This document shows positions 10,829 through 25,800 of a stretch of 64,000 nucleotides of DNA, piece by piece. Under the pieces are notes generated by a model. It searched no databases and was not told where the DNA came from. It saw nothing but the letters and a program-made list of their open reading frames with translations. The position numbers were made by a program, and so were the translations under genes. Numbering within the stretch: position 1 is the first letter of the stretch; the number at the start of each line of letters is the position of its first letter. This DNA is from Podarcis liolepis (lineage: Eukaryota). The DNA lies in assembly GCA_965112155.1 (NCBI GenBank), contig OZ218107.1, one strand, 5' to 3'.

Positions 10829-13800
10829 CTAGGAGGAAGAGAAAACAAGTTTTCAATTAGGAAGCAATAAATCTGAATGTAGCATGTTACAGATATGATA
10901 CCAATAACTTGGGAGTCACACTATAGATCTGCACATTAAGTGCACACTATTAATTTCTCCGATGTCAGTTTCAGAAAACAATGGTTGAGGACAACTGACT
11001 GATACAACATTTTAACATCTTTAAACCTTTGGGATATATTTTCTATTTGCAACAAAACACTAATGAAATCCTGACAATTTACTATGTATTTAGAGTTATT
11101 TAACATTTTCACATTTGTTAATAAATTGCAAAATAATTCTCCTTTTGTACCCATTCTTGTTGAACTTACCTGAATGTATCCCCCAGAAGAAACAAGTATC
11201 TGCGTATCAGGGGAAAAGTGAAGGTCTGTTACCCAGCCTCCATAGGCTGATTCTCCCTCACTTTTTGAAGCCTGGGAATAGAGGTGAAGCAGTTCTCCTC
11301 TCAAGACATTCCAAACCTGAGACACAAGCAGTACAAAAACAGACAAAAACAGGATAAGGTTGCAGTGTAACTGTAGTTATGTTCCTAGTCCCTTAAAATC
11401 ATAAAATAGTATAATTATCTAGTCCAATCCCCTGCAATGCAGGAATCTCAACTAGATAAAATGACCCTGGCAAAGAAAATTTCTACAAACCACAAGGAAA
11501 CCTATCCCACACCAGAGGTCAAGGCAGGAAACATTTTTAACTCCATGGGGTCGACTTTGACAGGTGGATGACTTTACCCACCTGTCAATCATATAACATC
11601 ACATGTCAAAATCACTTGTGCCCCCTTTTTTAAATCCGCCAGTCTCAGAAGCTTAAAAGGGGAGTGTGGGAAAACCCACAAAAAGCCCTTTAAGTCCCTA
11701 ATCTTGGAGCCTTAAAAGGGGGAGATGGAACTCACAAAATCTTTTGCAAGTCTCCCAGTGCTTCCCTTTTAAGCCTCTGAAATTGGAGGCGGCGGCGAGA
11801 GGCTTACAAATGGCTTTAAGGAAGCCCCCATGCTCCTGTTTGATCCTCAGGTGCTGTCTCCACGAGCTGCTTCAAAGGGTGCTTTGGCACAGAGCTTTCA
11901 TCCCAATTTAGCTGGTGGTTTTATAATATGAAAACTAATAATTAAAAAATCCTGCTGCCTTTGCTGTGCAATCTTGTTTTTGGCTGGGAAAAGAATTGCA
12001 TAGCTAATACAGGATTAAACCATATCTGCTTATGAGCACAGTTTGAGGGAAATGGCCTCAAGGGTCAAACGGGATCCCATGGCATGCCAAGACCAGCCAC
12101 AGGCCAGAGATTCCCCACCCCTGCCACAGGTGTTTCTGACATATCTGTCAACCCTGTTCTCTGAAACATCCTCAACTTAACAAACATTTCTGAGCCATGC
12201 TATATGTACTTTTCTGCCATTTAAACTCATTACCTCATGTGCTAGCCTTCATAAAATTATAGATTTAAAGAACTGTTTAAGAAGTCTCTCACAATTCACT
12301 TGTGCATGAAAAGTATGAAAATTGTAAATAAAGGCTACCACCTTTTCTTCCACACCATCTAAGAAGTAATGACTAATTTTAGAGTGTCACATACTGTGCT
12401 TACAACCAAGGCTCGATGCATACATTTCTCTGCACTGTCAGCCCTAATCCTCTACAAGTTTGGGGCAACACTGAAGCCCCAGTGGCACAATGGGCGTTCA
12501 AAGGGACCACTCCATACTGCATTCTCTATGTGCTCTCATTAGGTTTGGAGAGACAAATCACATGTTAGAAATGAATGGCTGCATGGGACAGAAGGGAAAG
12601 ATTAATCAATGCAGAAAGACATAAAAATGTATGCAATTATCAAGATGCAACACATATTAACAACAAAACAGAGGAGGAAAGTAAGTCCCACATTTATATG
12701 TAAATATGTTTATGATCTATAATGAAAATTTGCCTTCCTTTCCCCAATACCCTTTAATCCTACTTTCCTTTGGATTTAATGCAGCCTTTCCATTTCTAAT
12801 CATCTTTTTGTTATCAGAACTGCACCTGACATCCTTCTCCACCTCTGTTAATATTCTTGTTGCATAAAACCTGTGCGTGGTCATCCAAACCAGCTCTTAC
12901 AGTACCAAAGAGCCACCACCTAATTTGTGAGTAACTCATGTGTCCACTTAACTAGTGGATAACTGCTGCAATAACTTTTTATGGTAAATTTTTTAATAAA
13001 TCAATTAAAAACAAAATGGAGTACCCGTATTTCCCCATTGTCATCTCCTGTGGCCAACAATTCATTGTCAAGGGAGAAGGCACAGCACCTCACACAGCCG
13101 TCGTGACCATTCAGCTTATGAAGAACCGATGAACTTTCAAAACTCCATACCTAAAGATTTAAAACATGAAACACGTTGTTAAATTATATCCCAGTATTTT
13201 TAGGTTCATTTTGAGCTTCCTACCTGTAAAAGATATTTGGACTTCGATGACTCAGATATGAAAATTGGTTAAGGTACTCCCACAATAGAAAGCAAGCTAA
13301 TTTTTTCTACACAGATGGTTTAGGATAGAGCAAAGTGCAGAAGGTATATAAAGGGACAACCAAAATGAGAACTTAGGTGGTGCACCCTACAAATGAAAGT
13401 TGACGTGTTTTAGGTTTTTGTTTCGTTTTAGATTAAACAAGACAGCTAAGGGAGAACACAGGGGTTTCTAAGTATGCCTGGCGCTGAGAAAGTGGACAAA
13501 ACCTTTTCTCTCCCTCATCAACCAGTAAAATTATTGGAAGCAGATTCAGGACAGACAAAGGAAAGTACTTCTTCATGCATCACGTAATTAATGGAACTCA
13601 ATGCAAGAAGATGTGGAGATGGCCATGAGCTTGTTTAAAAACATGAGATGGTTTTAAAAGAAGACGAATGCACAGAAGTCAGATCTACAAAGGCTATGAT
13701 TGCCATGGAGGCTACACAGAAATTCCGAGGCAGTATGCTATTGAATCTCAACTACTGGGGAGCAACAGCAGGAGAGGACTTTTGCCTTCAGCCCTGCCTC

Positions 13801-16800
13801 TGGGCTAGGAGGCATATGGTCTGCCACTGAGTGAAGCAGCTTACAAGACTAGAAAGACCTTTTCTCTGCTCCAGTGAGGCTCTCCATATTACTGATCTTT
13901 TGACTGAGGATCTCCTAGGTAAACTTGTAAATATTTCTTGGAAAGTAGCTTTCCTACACTGCCCTGCACAAGAGAACTGTCCAGGGAGCTGCATCTAAAT
14001 CCTTAATTTAGATGATTTATTTCTGAAATGGGAGAAACAGAATTGTAGTAAGCCCCTGTCATATACCATACCTGGCTAACTGTATTCAACTGAAGTTAAA
14101 AGAAGAGAAAGCTGACGTGTATTTGCAATTTGCAATTGTTTGTACTTCATATTTCCCTTGCCATTGTTAGAAACTACTTGTTTCAGAATAATGATGACAA
14201 TTTAAATTACAAAAGCCCAATACTGCTTTGGCCAAGCTCCTAAAAAGATAGTTGCAAGGCTTGGAGGACAGGTTTTATCAGTCCAAGATTTACTCCTACT
14301 TGATGTTTCTCCCATTTACCTGGTAATCTGGAACAGGTGAATAATTTACGTGGTAAAGGTAACCCAAAAAAAGAGAAGTAGCAAGTGGAAAATCTTCTCT
14401 GAGCCACTTAAAATAGAATGGAATGGGTTAGGGTATAAATAACTATGGAATCAAAGGATCAGTGACAGGAAGTGATTTGAATCAAATACATGTTTGACAG
14501 TGCACACAAGATACAGGGACTCATTCCCTCTAAAGGCATTTGTGTGCATGTCATCCCTACCCCCGTGAACGTGTGCATTCCATCAAATCCATTTCCAAAG
14601 AGGCTGGATGAGGATGCACGGTGTGTATGGAGGCCTCAAATTCCTTGTAACAACATGGCACAGTGTTCAACAATATGTCATTTCACAGAGGGAAAGAAGA
14701 GGAGGGAAAGAGGGGGGAAAGAGTTCTGTCATGCCCTTAGGTGCTGCATCTGGAGTGGATAGGATTATGTCCATTGGATCTCATTGTATTTAGAAGAGGG
14801 GCCAGGACTAAACTCATAGGTCATGATTAAGTTAAGAGTTGACAACTTTTAAGATCTTTCTGATTATCAGCAAAATACCATCAAGCATTTATGTAACTCT
14901 TCTACTGAATTAGGATAAAAAAGTGCTAAACTCAGAGTAGATGGTGCTTTATGTTTTAGCATTCATTTGTAAACCTGTACTGACCTTGGCTGTCTTGTCA
15001 GCAGAGGTAGTGGAAAACATAGTGGTATTGGGTGAAATTACACAAGAAAGAATGGTGTCTTCATGGCAAATGATATCTCTCTCAAGTTCTCCTGTAACTG
15101 TGTTCCAGAGCTGTAATATTAAAATGTGCCAGTGAACAATAGTGCAGGTAGAAGGGCTTATAAACAGTACACAGGTGTTTGGTGTTTTTGTCTTTCAAAA
15201 TACTTAGCAGCAGATGCTTTTTAAAAAAGTACGTACTTTAACCACTGAGTATTTTGCAGTCAAAACAAGACTCAAAAATAGTGTTATCTAACTTTGAAAA
15301 CACAACAAATATGATGTTCACATGATGTGCATTCCTTTAAGGTTTAGCTACAGGCACCAATCTAAGTTGTCAATGCTTAGGTTTTTTTATTTACCTTAAC
15401 TGTCCCATCAAATGACCATGAAAGAAGCCCTGAGTGTTTTAGAAGGTGAAAATTCTTGACAGGTTCCTTGTGACCTTTCAGGAGAATAAATTCCTCTGTT
15501 TGCCAATTCCACACCTAATAAAGCAGAAATTAGAATAGAGTATGTGAATTTGAGTTCAACTCTGGCTCGCTTTTATGGTGAAAACAAGACTGATTTCTTT
15601 AGTAAAACAAAAAAACCCCTCAACTTTTCTTTACAAGACAATACTCCTCCTCCCACAAGGTCTTTAAACCCCCCCTCCAAATGAATTATTTGATCTCTAA
15701 GAAGCATTTTCATCTTACCCTCACAAAGTACCCCAAAAATAAATAAACAGCAAGTTTTAAACAAAACATAAACTTTGCTGGACTGCACCTAGCTTCTTCA
15801 GAAATATATATTCTCAAGCAATAGTTTAAAATGTTCCGCACCTGTATAGTTGAGTCATCAGAGCTTGAAATGAGTGTTTTCCCATCAGAAGTAAACTGGC
15901 AGTGTTGCACAGCTTCCTTGTGTCCAGTTCTGGATTTTAAAATATTCCCACTTGACAAATTTAATACCTTTTAAAAATGGGATCAGACAACAGACAGTTG
16001 TGAGTTCACATTGATTACAGATTGAAAGGAAATAGAGATGCAAACCCACAAGTATATTTTTAAAAAGGAGTATAATGAATGAGATTGTGTTATAAAAAAG
16101 CTACTTCTTTAAAGCAATGTTTCTTCCTTCATTAAAGGTAAAGGTACCCCTGCCCGTACGGGCCAGTCGTGTCCGACTCTAGGGTTGTGCGCCCATCTCA
16201 CTTAAGAGGCCGGGGGCCAGCGCTGTCCGGAGACACTTCCGGATCACGTGGCCAGCGTGACGAAGCTGCTCTGGCGAGCCGGCACCAGCGCAGCACACGG
16301 AAACGTCGTTTACCTTCCCACTATAAAGCGGTACCTATTTATCTACTTGCACTTAGGGGTGCTTTTGAACTGCTAGGTGGGCAGGAGCTGGGACCGCAGA
16401 CGGGAGCTCACCCCGCCGTGGGGATTCGAACCGCCAACCATGCGATCGGCAAGCCCTAGGCGCTGAGGATTTACCCACAGCGCCACCCGCGTCCCATTAT
16501 CTTCCTTCATTATTTTAACCTAAAACAACTAAAAGGAGAAATTATACAGTGGTGCCTCGCAAGACAAAATTAATTCGTTCCGCGAGTTTTTTCATCTAGC
16601 GAATTTTTTGTCTTGCGAAGCACGGTGTCGGAAAAGTTTTGGAAAAGATTCAAAAATCACCAAAAACCTCAAAAAAGGCTACCACACCGCGTTCTATGAG
16701 TTGCTCCTCGAAGTCAAGTCGCAACTGTATTAACGGTGTTAAGAAAAAGGAAACAAACTTGCAAGACATTTTCGTCTTGTGAAGCAAGCCCATAGGGAAA

Positions 16801-19800
16801 TTCGTCTTGCGAAACAGCTCAAAAACCGCAAAACCCTTTCGTCTAGTGAGTTTTCCGTCTTGCGGGGCATTCGTCTTGCGGGGCACCACTGTAAATGAAA
16901 CATGCAACAAAAGCTTCCTGCATGATCTATGGCCAGACATATGCATAGCAATTCATATGGACAGCAGCTATTCTTCTTTCTACTTCATTAGCATGGCTAT
17001 TAAAAGGTATCTTTTTTAAAATGCATTCTTACTGAAAAAATTACACATTTATAGTAAGTATTGTATTTATAAAGTGCTTGATTATTTATTAGAGAGCACA
17101 ACCAACAGGCACTTTATAATAGGTAGGTATACATAAAAAATACATGATGCAACAAGGAAATTAATGCATTCATCATCTGTGATGCTTCATAACTGGATTT
17201 GAGAATACCAGAAAACATACCAAGAGAACCTTAAAAACAAAGTACAATTCAGTTCTAAATACAATATTCTTTGTATATTTGACTCACAACATGTAAAGGA
17301 ATCTGGGCAAACTAGTTTCAAGGAAGCGGGAAGTCTATTAAGGGACCTCAGTGCTCTACTGTAGCCTTTTATAAGTACAGATATTGCAAACCATTACATC
17401 TTGGGACAGAGAAATTCAATTAGGGAATTCCGTCCTTTTCCTTGGGTAAATTTTCAGGAAGAGGACCTGTTTAATTATAACGAAACAGAAAATTATTTTG
17501 CTTTTATATTTATTATATTGCAAAACTAATATATTTTTTCTGCAACAATATAGTAAAGCATGAGCTGAACACGAGAAAGGATAGCTCAGCTGGTACAGCA
17601 TGAGACTCTTAATCTCAGGGTCATTGATTCGAGCCCCACAATGGGCAAAAGATTCCTGTGCTGCAGGGTGTTGGACTAGATTATCCTTGTGGCCCCTTCC
17701 TACTCTACAATTCTATGATTCTAAGGAGATGATCATCAGCTTGACTTGGTGAATAAATCTCTCGTCCAATCCCAATGTCATAATCTAAAGTGGCAGGCAA
17801 TTTGAGGAGAACTGAATATTAGGTGCTTGATGGACCTAAATTATCCCAGAATAGAGTATTTTCCAACTGATTCCCGGCTAGTGTTTTGGTTGTGAGATTC
17901 TGAGTGACAGTTTATCATTTTTTGTATAACAGCTGAAATGATCACAATCAGAGAAGCCAATGCCTAACTAATCTCAACTACTTTACCTTTACTGTTCCAT
18001 TCTTCTCCCCAAATGCTGCAGTCTGAAGGTCTTCATATAGGCAACAGCAGCTAATGAAAGGCTCCTGTTCTTCAGTCTGATAAACAGTATGGCCTGTGAA
18101 GCCATTAATTAGCTGAAATGCAATGGCATAATTGGAAATTATTATTGTACAACACACACACACCTTTCACATAAAAAAGCATCTGACCCTCTCCTCTACT
18201 TCAGTAGTGATTTTTAAGATTACTGGCATATTTATTACAATTTTATCTGCCCTCCAAACCAAGAAACTCCAAAATACATGGTTCTATGATCAGAAGTACC
18301 AGAAGAATTTACACTAAATAAGAAAGATAGGTAGTAAATGTGTATGATGGCACAACTGCTCTTTGTTGTTGCTTTGCTAAGAGTGTGCCTGCTTATCATA
18401 TTCTTGTAGGTCTGAGTCTTCTGACGACTACATAGAAACAGTAAGAGCTTTGTATTAAGGGCAAACCACCCACAATTTCACTTTAGAAGGAGTTCTTCCG
18501 TATCTAAAAAAAGCTTGCAATTATTTTTCACAAATGCTTTAACTATTCAGCGGTAGGCAGACATGAACACCGCCATTGCACAGCTGCAACCTTCCCCCCC
18601 CTGCTTCACAAATATCCATAGCAACGCTAACAGCAAACACTAACTGAAGAACAAAAAAGAACATCACCACTTTGATCCTTATTTATAAGTCTGTTACAAA
18701 AAGGGTGGCCAAATTGGATAATTTTGCTCTTCAAAACAGTTGCCTAATGGCATTTCGTTTCTTCAAACAGGCAAAAAAACCACCAGTTTATGACATTTCA
18801 GTCTCATAGCCCTTTGACAGGTTAGAGAAGGGTTTATAGAAGACCCTAGAAGAGTCCTAGAAGAACCACATGCAAAAACAGTTTTTCTTTACCACTTTCT
18901 ACTAAGATAGTTGACTGGGAGATTGCAAGAAGGGACAGAGAACTTATGAATGTGCCCTTTCTTCTTTTCTCCAAGCCTGCTTCCTGTGCTGAGGTGGGAG
19001 TTATAGCCCATATATTCTGAACATCACAGGAGATACGCTAGTGAATAGGGTGGTCCACAGGAGCTCTCAAAGTTCCATGGGAGAATAAGTGGAATAGAAA
19101 TGTGTAAAACAGAGGCATCTGTATTGTTCTAGTACACACATTTCCACAAACATTTCCAAGGAAGTTTCAATGAGAGATTATAAATGGAGATAGAATTTCT
19201 TAACACCTATTGAATTGAGAACATCTCTTCTTCTGATGCTCTTTTTCTATTAATAGTTCCGGTTCTTACATGCACCGTTACTGAAGAGCTCAGCCTTTCT
19301 GCCAGTTTGAGTATTCCCCCAAATTCATACTTTTCAAATCTTCCTTTTGCCTTGGATGGTGAACTAGGCAGAGGCTTGGGAAACCACAGCAAGAGCATCG
19401 GTTAGCTACTTCAACTCCAGTGACTCTTACTCATTATGCAGAGGAATTCCATAAAATGCAAATGTCTTCCTACCTGCCTGGTCCCTTACAGGATCATGCT
19501 ATTCAGGAGTGTCTGCTAACTGGCTGTCTGAGAACCCTGAGGAAGAGCAACTCCACACCCTGAGGCACTGTGAAGCCTAATGGTACAATCAATACCACTG
19601 GTATGTAGCCAGACATCAGCACCCATTGGCATTCATCAAGATTAGGGATCCAATCAACACAACTTGATTTATGCGCCACACATTTTGTACCCAGCAGACA
19701 TGGTTGGAAAACTCAGATCCTGCTAGTGACATTAGATGCAGGTTTTTTCCTCTTCAATCTGGGAAGCTACTCTTCTCACTTAACATTTTTTGTCTGAGGG

Positions 19801-22800
19801 CTGCTTTCCCTTATGGACAACTTTCAGGGGTGGGGATGGCACATGCCAATGTTGGCCAGAGGAAAAGGCAGAAGGAGCAAGAGGGGCATCTATTATCTTG
19901 GGTACAGTAGGCTACATTCAAGTCATACAAGCCAAAGCTTTTTAAATGTTCCATATGCAACATACAAAACATACTTACTTGCAGGTGCTTCATATTGTCA
20001 ATAGCCAAGATGAAAACTTCATTAACAGGAAACAAAACATCTATTTCACGTTTCAACACAACAGCAGAGGACTCACAAACCTTCTTTGTCTCCCATATCT
20101 GTTGAAGAGAAGAATATAGCAGAAGTTCTGCAATGTCAAAAATTTAAGACTTTAGGGCACAAATTGGAAGTTTGAATTTAGAACTGTATTTACTCTTTTA
20201 AAAATATACTTTAAAAAATATTGCTTTCATGTATGAAGTTACTTAATGCAGGCAGGCATTTTAGTTTTCAGTCACTTAATCAAACTACAATTTTCTCATA
20301 TGGTCCTCAGTCCAAGTGATTTTTAAAAAAGAGGTTCCATCATTTGCAGAGTTAGGATCAGTGCATTCTCCACTGTGGCACTTAGACTATTCCAATTTCC
20401 TGCCAAAGACAACTTACCAGCCCCCATCACTAGCCACGTTCCACTGGCAAGTGTACACCGTGAGCAGCCAGTGCAGATGTTGCTGGAATGCACTCAATGG
20501 GCAGGGATGATGGGAGTTCAAATGTAGCATCTGGAGGGCACCTTGCTAGCTACCCATGATGCAGACCCTCCTGTTTTAAAAGGTCTTTACCAGCAGTTAA
20601 CAATGCATGTTTCTATTTGCTGAGTCTATTTCCAACCTGTGGTGTTGCTTTTTTCTACTTTTAGGGGGAAAGGGGAGATATTTATGATACTATGGTTTAG
20701 TGTTTTTATTGCCCATGTGTACTGCTTTGCAATTATGGACTAGTGCCTTCTGATTCACAGAACAATCCTAACTATAGAAAGTCAACTTAAGTTTTACCTC
20801 TTCTAAACGCTGTTCAGAAGGAATTTGATTCACACCACCCTTTTTTTGCCAGCTAGGTTCTGCCGGGCTGCTAGATCACATAACCAAGGTAAAGTGGGAG
20901 TAAGTGTCTCCCCTTGCTGTCAGCTGCCCCCCCCCCGGAAAACCCCTTTGGGGGGACTTGCCTCAGCTTACGTTCTGCCAGCTGAACCAGGGTGAAGGAG
21001 TTATGCCAGCGTAACTCTTGCTTAGGCAAGACTCAACCAGAAAAGTACAAGGTCTACCAAATCCAAACTCATCCTGGCAATCTGAATTGTGCTAATAAGG
21101 TTTTTAATTTTAGTGTTTCTATTATATTAATTATTAATACTGCATTTTAAATCAGATATCTTTGTTCAGGAGCAGCGGCGAAGCTTCATGCTCTGGCACC
21201 AGGGGGCGGAGAGCAGGCAGGGGCGTGGCTGGCACGCATTCCGGGGCGGGGTGCACGTCCTGGGGGCATGGTGCGCCGCTCACAGGGGTGTGGCGCCCAG
21301 TGTGGGCGGGGGGGAGCCACAATGGCACCCCACCAGGATCGCACTGCCGGGGGCGGTGTGCTCCCCTGCACTCCTCTTCCTCCGCCAGTGTTCAGGAGAG
21401 AATGATAATAAATGTATATAGAGTATTTTATTTTCAAAATCTTTTTCAGTAATAAGGAATTTAATAAATGGTGCAGGTGACATTTCCCCAAATATGCCAA
21501 AGTTTCATGAATGCTTTGATTGTTACAATTCGTCATTTGACTCAACTCATAATAAATAAATACACAGATCTTGGGAGTCTATGACTGGATGGGAAAGGTA
21601 AAGCTTGCTTTATTAAAGAAACACAATTCCCAGCAAATATTTGAAAAAGAATAAGCTCACCCTTATTGTCTGGTCATCCGAAGAAGTGAGAAATAATGAC
21701 CCATCAAGTGAAAATGTCACAGAATGGACCCAACTCATATGTCCTCGGCAGTCAGCAATTTTGGAAGAGGATTCAATATTCCATATCTAAATCAAATTCA
21801 GAACAAACTAGTTATTTGTAGTTTTGGTAGCAGTTTGGGACATCTGTTCACTTTTAATCAAAGTGTGCTTAGTTTAGAGTTAGTGTCTTTATCCATTTGT
21901 GAATGAGACTTCATTTGGGAAAATCCGCATTAACATACATATATGAGATTTTCAAAAGAGAAACAAAATATTCCTGCTATCTGACTCACAATTTCAAAGT
22001 TGCTATATTAAGACATGATTACAAGCTGTATCTCATGGCCACTATTGAATACCCCATATTACATGACCAAGCGGACAGAAGCAAATTAGCTCTGAATTGT
22101 TTTGGTATTTGTTTGCAGAAACATAGTGAATGAAGAGTGCAGTGGCTGACCATTTTTCATGAATGACTCTGACCATTTTTCTAGAAGATGATTCTATGAA
22201 ATGTCACTGTTTTGATTTAAGATATTGCAGACTAATTCATTTTATTGTTAAAATATGCAGATTACTGGTTTAAACTGGCACTCTTACATGATGATTATAT
22301 AAATGTTTAATTTTCTTTTGCTGAAATTGGTAAAGGATTCGGAACACTGATAAAAGATCACTGAGATAAATGAGAAAAAGATGTGACCAGTAAAACCCAG
22401 TTAACTATTGATTAGCCTCAACTAGATGGACACATAGCTGAATCAAGTGAAATTATTGTGTTACCTGAGTATCCCACGAAGTAAATCAGTGGAATCCTAT
22501 GCATGATTTCTCAGAAGTCAACCCCACTGTGTTCAATGTGCTTTACTTATAGGATTGCATGGTATTTTTATGCATACACAGCTATATAGAGGCAACAGGA
22601 ATTTCCTGCTCTTAAAAATGTTCAATTCAAGGTTGATTGCCGAACTTTAAAATGGGACTGAGCTCACCGACCAGATGAGCCTTTGAAAAATGCAGACTAT
22701 ACTAGAAAAATCCATACTCAAAAAGATTCCATTAAGCAGCGATAGAGGGATTCTTTCATCATTCTATGCTAAGGGGGTGATTCAGAAAGGTCAAACTCAC

Positions 22801-25800
22801 TTGCTGAACAGTGAGACTTTAGAACACGGACAATACATATGGCTTTTCCTGTGAGTACTGCCATAACTCCCAGGGCTCTACTGGAAATGGATTAGGAAGG
22901 CGACACTGAGGCATATTACAGATCTTTGATCAAAATTTAACAGCAGTCATGTGTGTCTTGGTTTTGATGAAAGTAACTCTTTGATAGAAGGTAGTGCTTA
23001 AGTGATATCCTTAACAGCAGAACAGCAGTAGCTTTTGGCAAAAAGATGATCAATTTGAATTAGCTCAAATTGGCTAGATGAGCCCAATTCCACACAAAGG
23101 TTAACATTATAGCTTCCTAATATTGCCGTGGGTCACCTAGCTCAATTCCATTTGTTCTGATGGGCAGCTGCTCTGTTTTTCCCAGGTCTTTCTAGAGGCA
23201 AGTAAAGGTAAAGGGACCCCTGACCATTAGGTCCAGTCGTGGTCGACTCTGGGGTTGCGGCGCTCATCTCGCTTTATTGGCCGTGGGAGCCGGCGTACAG
23301 CTTCTGGGTCATGTGGCCAGCATGACTAAGCCACTTCTGGCGAACCAGAGCAGCGCACGGAAACGCCGTTTACCTTCCCAATGGGGCGGTACCTATTTAT
23401 CTACTTGCACTTTGATGTGCTTTCAAACTGCTAGGTTGGCAGGAGCAGGGACCGAGCAACAGGAGCTCACCCCATCACGGGGATTTGAATCGCCGACCTT
23501 CTGATCGGCAAGTCCTAGGCTCTGTGGTTTAACCCACAGCGCCACCTGCGTCCCCTTTCTAGAGGTGCCAGGGATTAAACCTGGGATCTTCTGCATGCAA
23601 AACCTGTAATCTACCACTAAGCAATGACCTCTTCCCATTCTGAAGCTAACCACCAGAGCAAGAGGAAATATGAAGAATGGAAAGGATGTACTTACATCTT
23701 CTTAAATATAGCGACTTACCTCAACAGAATAATGTGATAAAGCAACTGCAACCATCTGGCTGTTGGGACAAAAGTCACAGTACTGAATAGTGCTGTGGTG
23801 GCTTATAAGAACCTCTGTCAACAAATCACTGGTCTTAACGTCAAAAAGCTGTAAACATAATAGCCATATTAAACAGCAATCTTAAATGTCACATGATTTT
23901 ACATAAATATGTCTTTATACAACAACATCATTGACAAGAGTTTAAATACCAAAAATATAGTTACTTATTTCTTTCAACAGTATATAGACTGCTAGAGAAC
24001 AAATTTTACTTTATTAAATTTTTATCCGCCCTTCCCCATAAGGTGCCAAGGTGTCTTGCAGCAATAAAATATACAATTATAGAACAAATAGAACAATTAA
24101 CAAAACAACTACATATATAACAAGTAAAAATGTACTTCCAATACAGATGCAGACTGACATCTTAGCATTCCCCAGAGTGGCTGGGGAAACCCAACCAGAT
24201 GGGTGGGGTATAAATAAATTATTATTATTATTGTTATTAATGGAAAATTGATAGCCAATTATATAATAGAATGTTTAACAAATTCAGTGTTTTACAACTA
24301 TCCTCAAAAATAACACTATTTCTGTAAACTATAATTAAAAGGCTGAATGATGAAAACTTGAATAAAAAGTATTATTACACCAATATTATCTCCAAACCAG
24401 TTTAGGAATTTGAGTGTATGTTCTTCAAAACACTGCTTACAATTTTATGTGTGTTATATTTAAAAATCATTAAAATACTATCTTCTAACCTACAACAATT
24501 CCACTCCCTATGTTCATGGAACTTGATGGAACACTACCAAAATCTTTTGGAGTTATTTTCCTAACTCCAACTTATACTCTGCTCAAAGAGGATTTAACAT
24601 TCTATAAATCAATACAATTTAGTCATGCCTTCTTACTGATAACTTAACAAAAATAGAATGATCCTTTCGAAGTCTGTGAATGCGCTATTACTATATGATA
24701 TATGTTCTCTGAGCAATTTAGAAGAACTACGGCAAAAATTGTATTTGACCATTTCCAACATAACAAAAATCATCTCTTGACTGCAGTTCAGAGTCTGTGA
24801 GATGGCAGGACTGTACACTCGCTTGTTGACATCAAAACTACAATAGGGAAGAGAACCGGTGCAAAAGAGCCATTCCTTGTGGGACAAAACTGCAGCTCAG
24901 CAGAGGCAACTTGGAAAAGTCCTTTGATAAGTCCCTTTGAATAAGTGAGAAAGTGTGTGCACAGAGAAAGTGTGTGTGAGAAAGTGTGTGCACAGAACAT
25001 AGGATGCTGCACTGCACTGAAATAACTTCTGGTCGGAGACCAGTGCTTGGTTGAAGGCTCTGCACCATGAAGTCTAAGCACAAATGATGTGTTCCCTATG
25101 TTTCTGTTGTTCTCCTCTCTTTCACTATTGCTCTCCCGCTCAATTTTAAAAATAAACACAAATGGAAAACAAGATGGTGACTCAGAGGAAAGAAGTCATT
25201 ACTGACATACTTAAGTACTTACAAAAAGCCTGTTTTTCGCTGCCACCAACACTGTAGTTCCATTAGATGACCAGGAGCAACACTTCACTAAGACTTCCAC
25301 ATCATCCTGGTAGTCATCCACATTTCTAAAGCAGTCTCCTATGTCAATAGTTTTCAGTTCATTTGCCGAATGTGCATACCAAAGCTTTAAAAATAAATAC
25401 AATATATTAAGCATTTAAAAAATGAATGTGAGTAGAAGACAAAATTAATGCTAACTAGTGATTTGTAAAATTTCATTTTGCAAAGGTATTTATTCATATC
25501 CAATTATAGCTGCTAACAAAAATTTTTACTGTCTCCAGTGATCTATAGACATTAAAGTCAACTGTCTGCTTGTGGAATTAGAAGTATATTTTTAAAAATC
25601 GCAGCATATTAAAATCAAGCAACTAAATTAATGTCAGACATTTTCTATTTGGGCTGATTTATATCTGAAATATTGCCAAATAATTAACAGAGCTCATAAA
25701 TGCTTTTTGTTTGAGAATACCTAATACTATTTTTTTCAAGTGCAAGGTATTTGTGAATAACAGGGACATCTATATTTATAAGCTTTTCAATGTAAATTTC

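Noticed and set aside
17575-17647. Functional tRNA-Lys gene
   Set aside because: The acceptor stem is destroyed and a CR1-like tail follows directly, so it is a SINE.
18410-18450. Second hammerhead-like string CTGACGA...GAAAC..GTA on the plus strand
   Set aside because: Stem II cannot form without using the G of GAAA, and stem I pairing is out of register. At best a decayed relic or chance match.
24788-25159. Possible duplicated or degenerate APAF1 exon 18 (FDVNK.., FCP motifs) in intron 17
   Set aside because: The matching words are short, in different frames and in the wrong order, with no proper donor. The region also contains a simple GAGAAAGTGTGTG tandem repeat.
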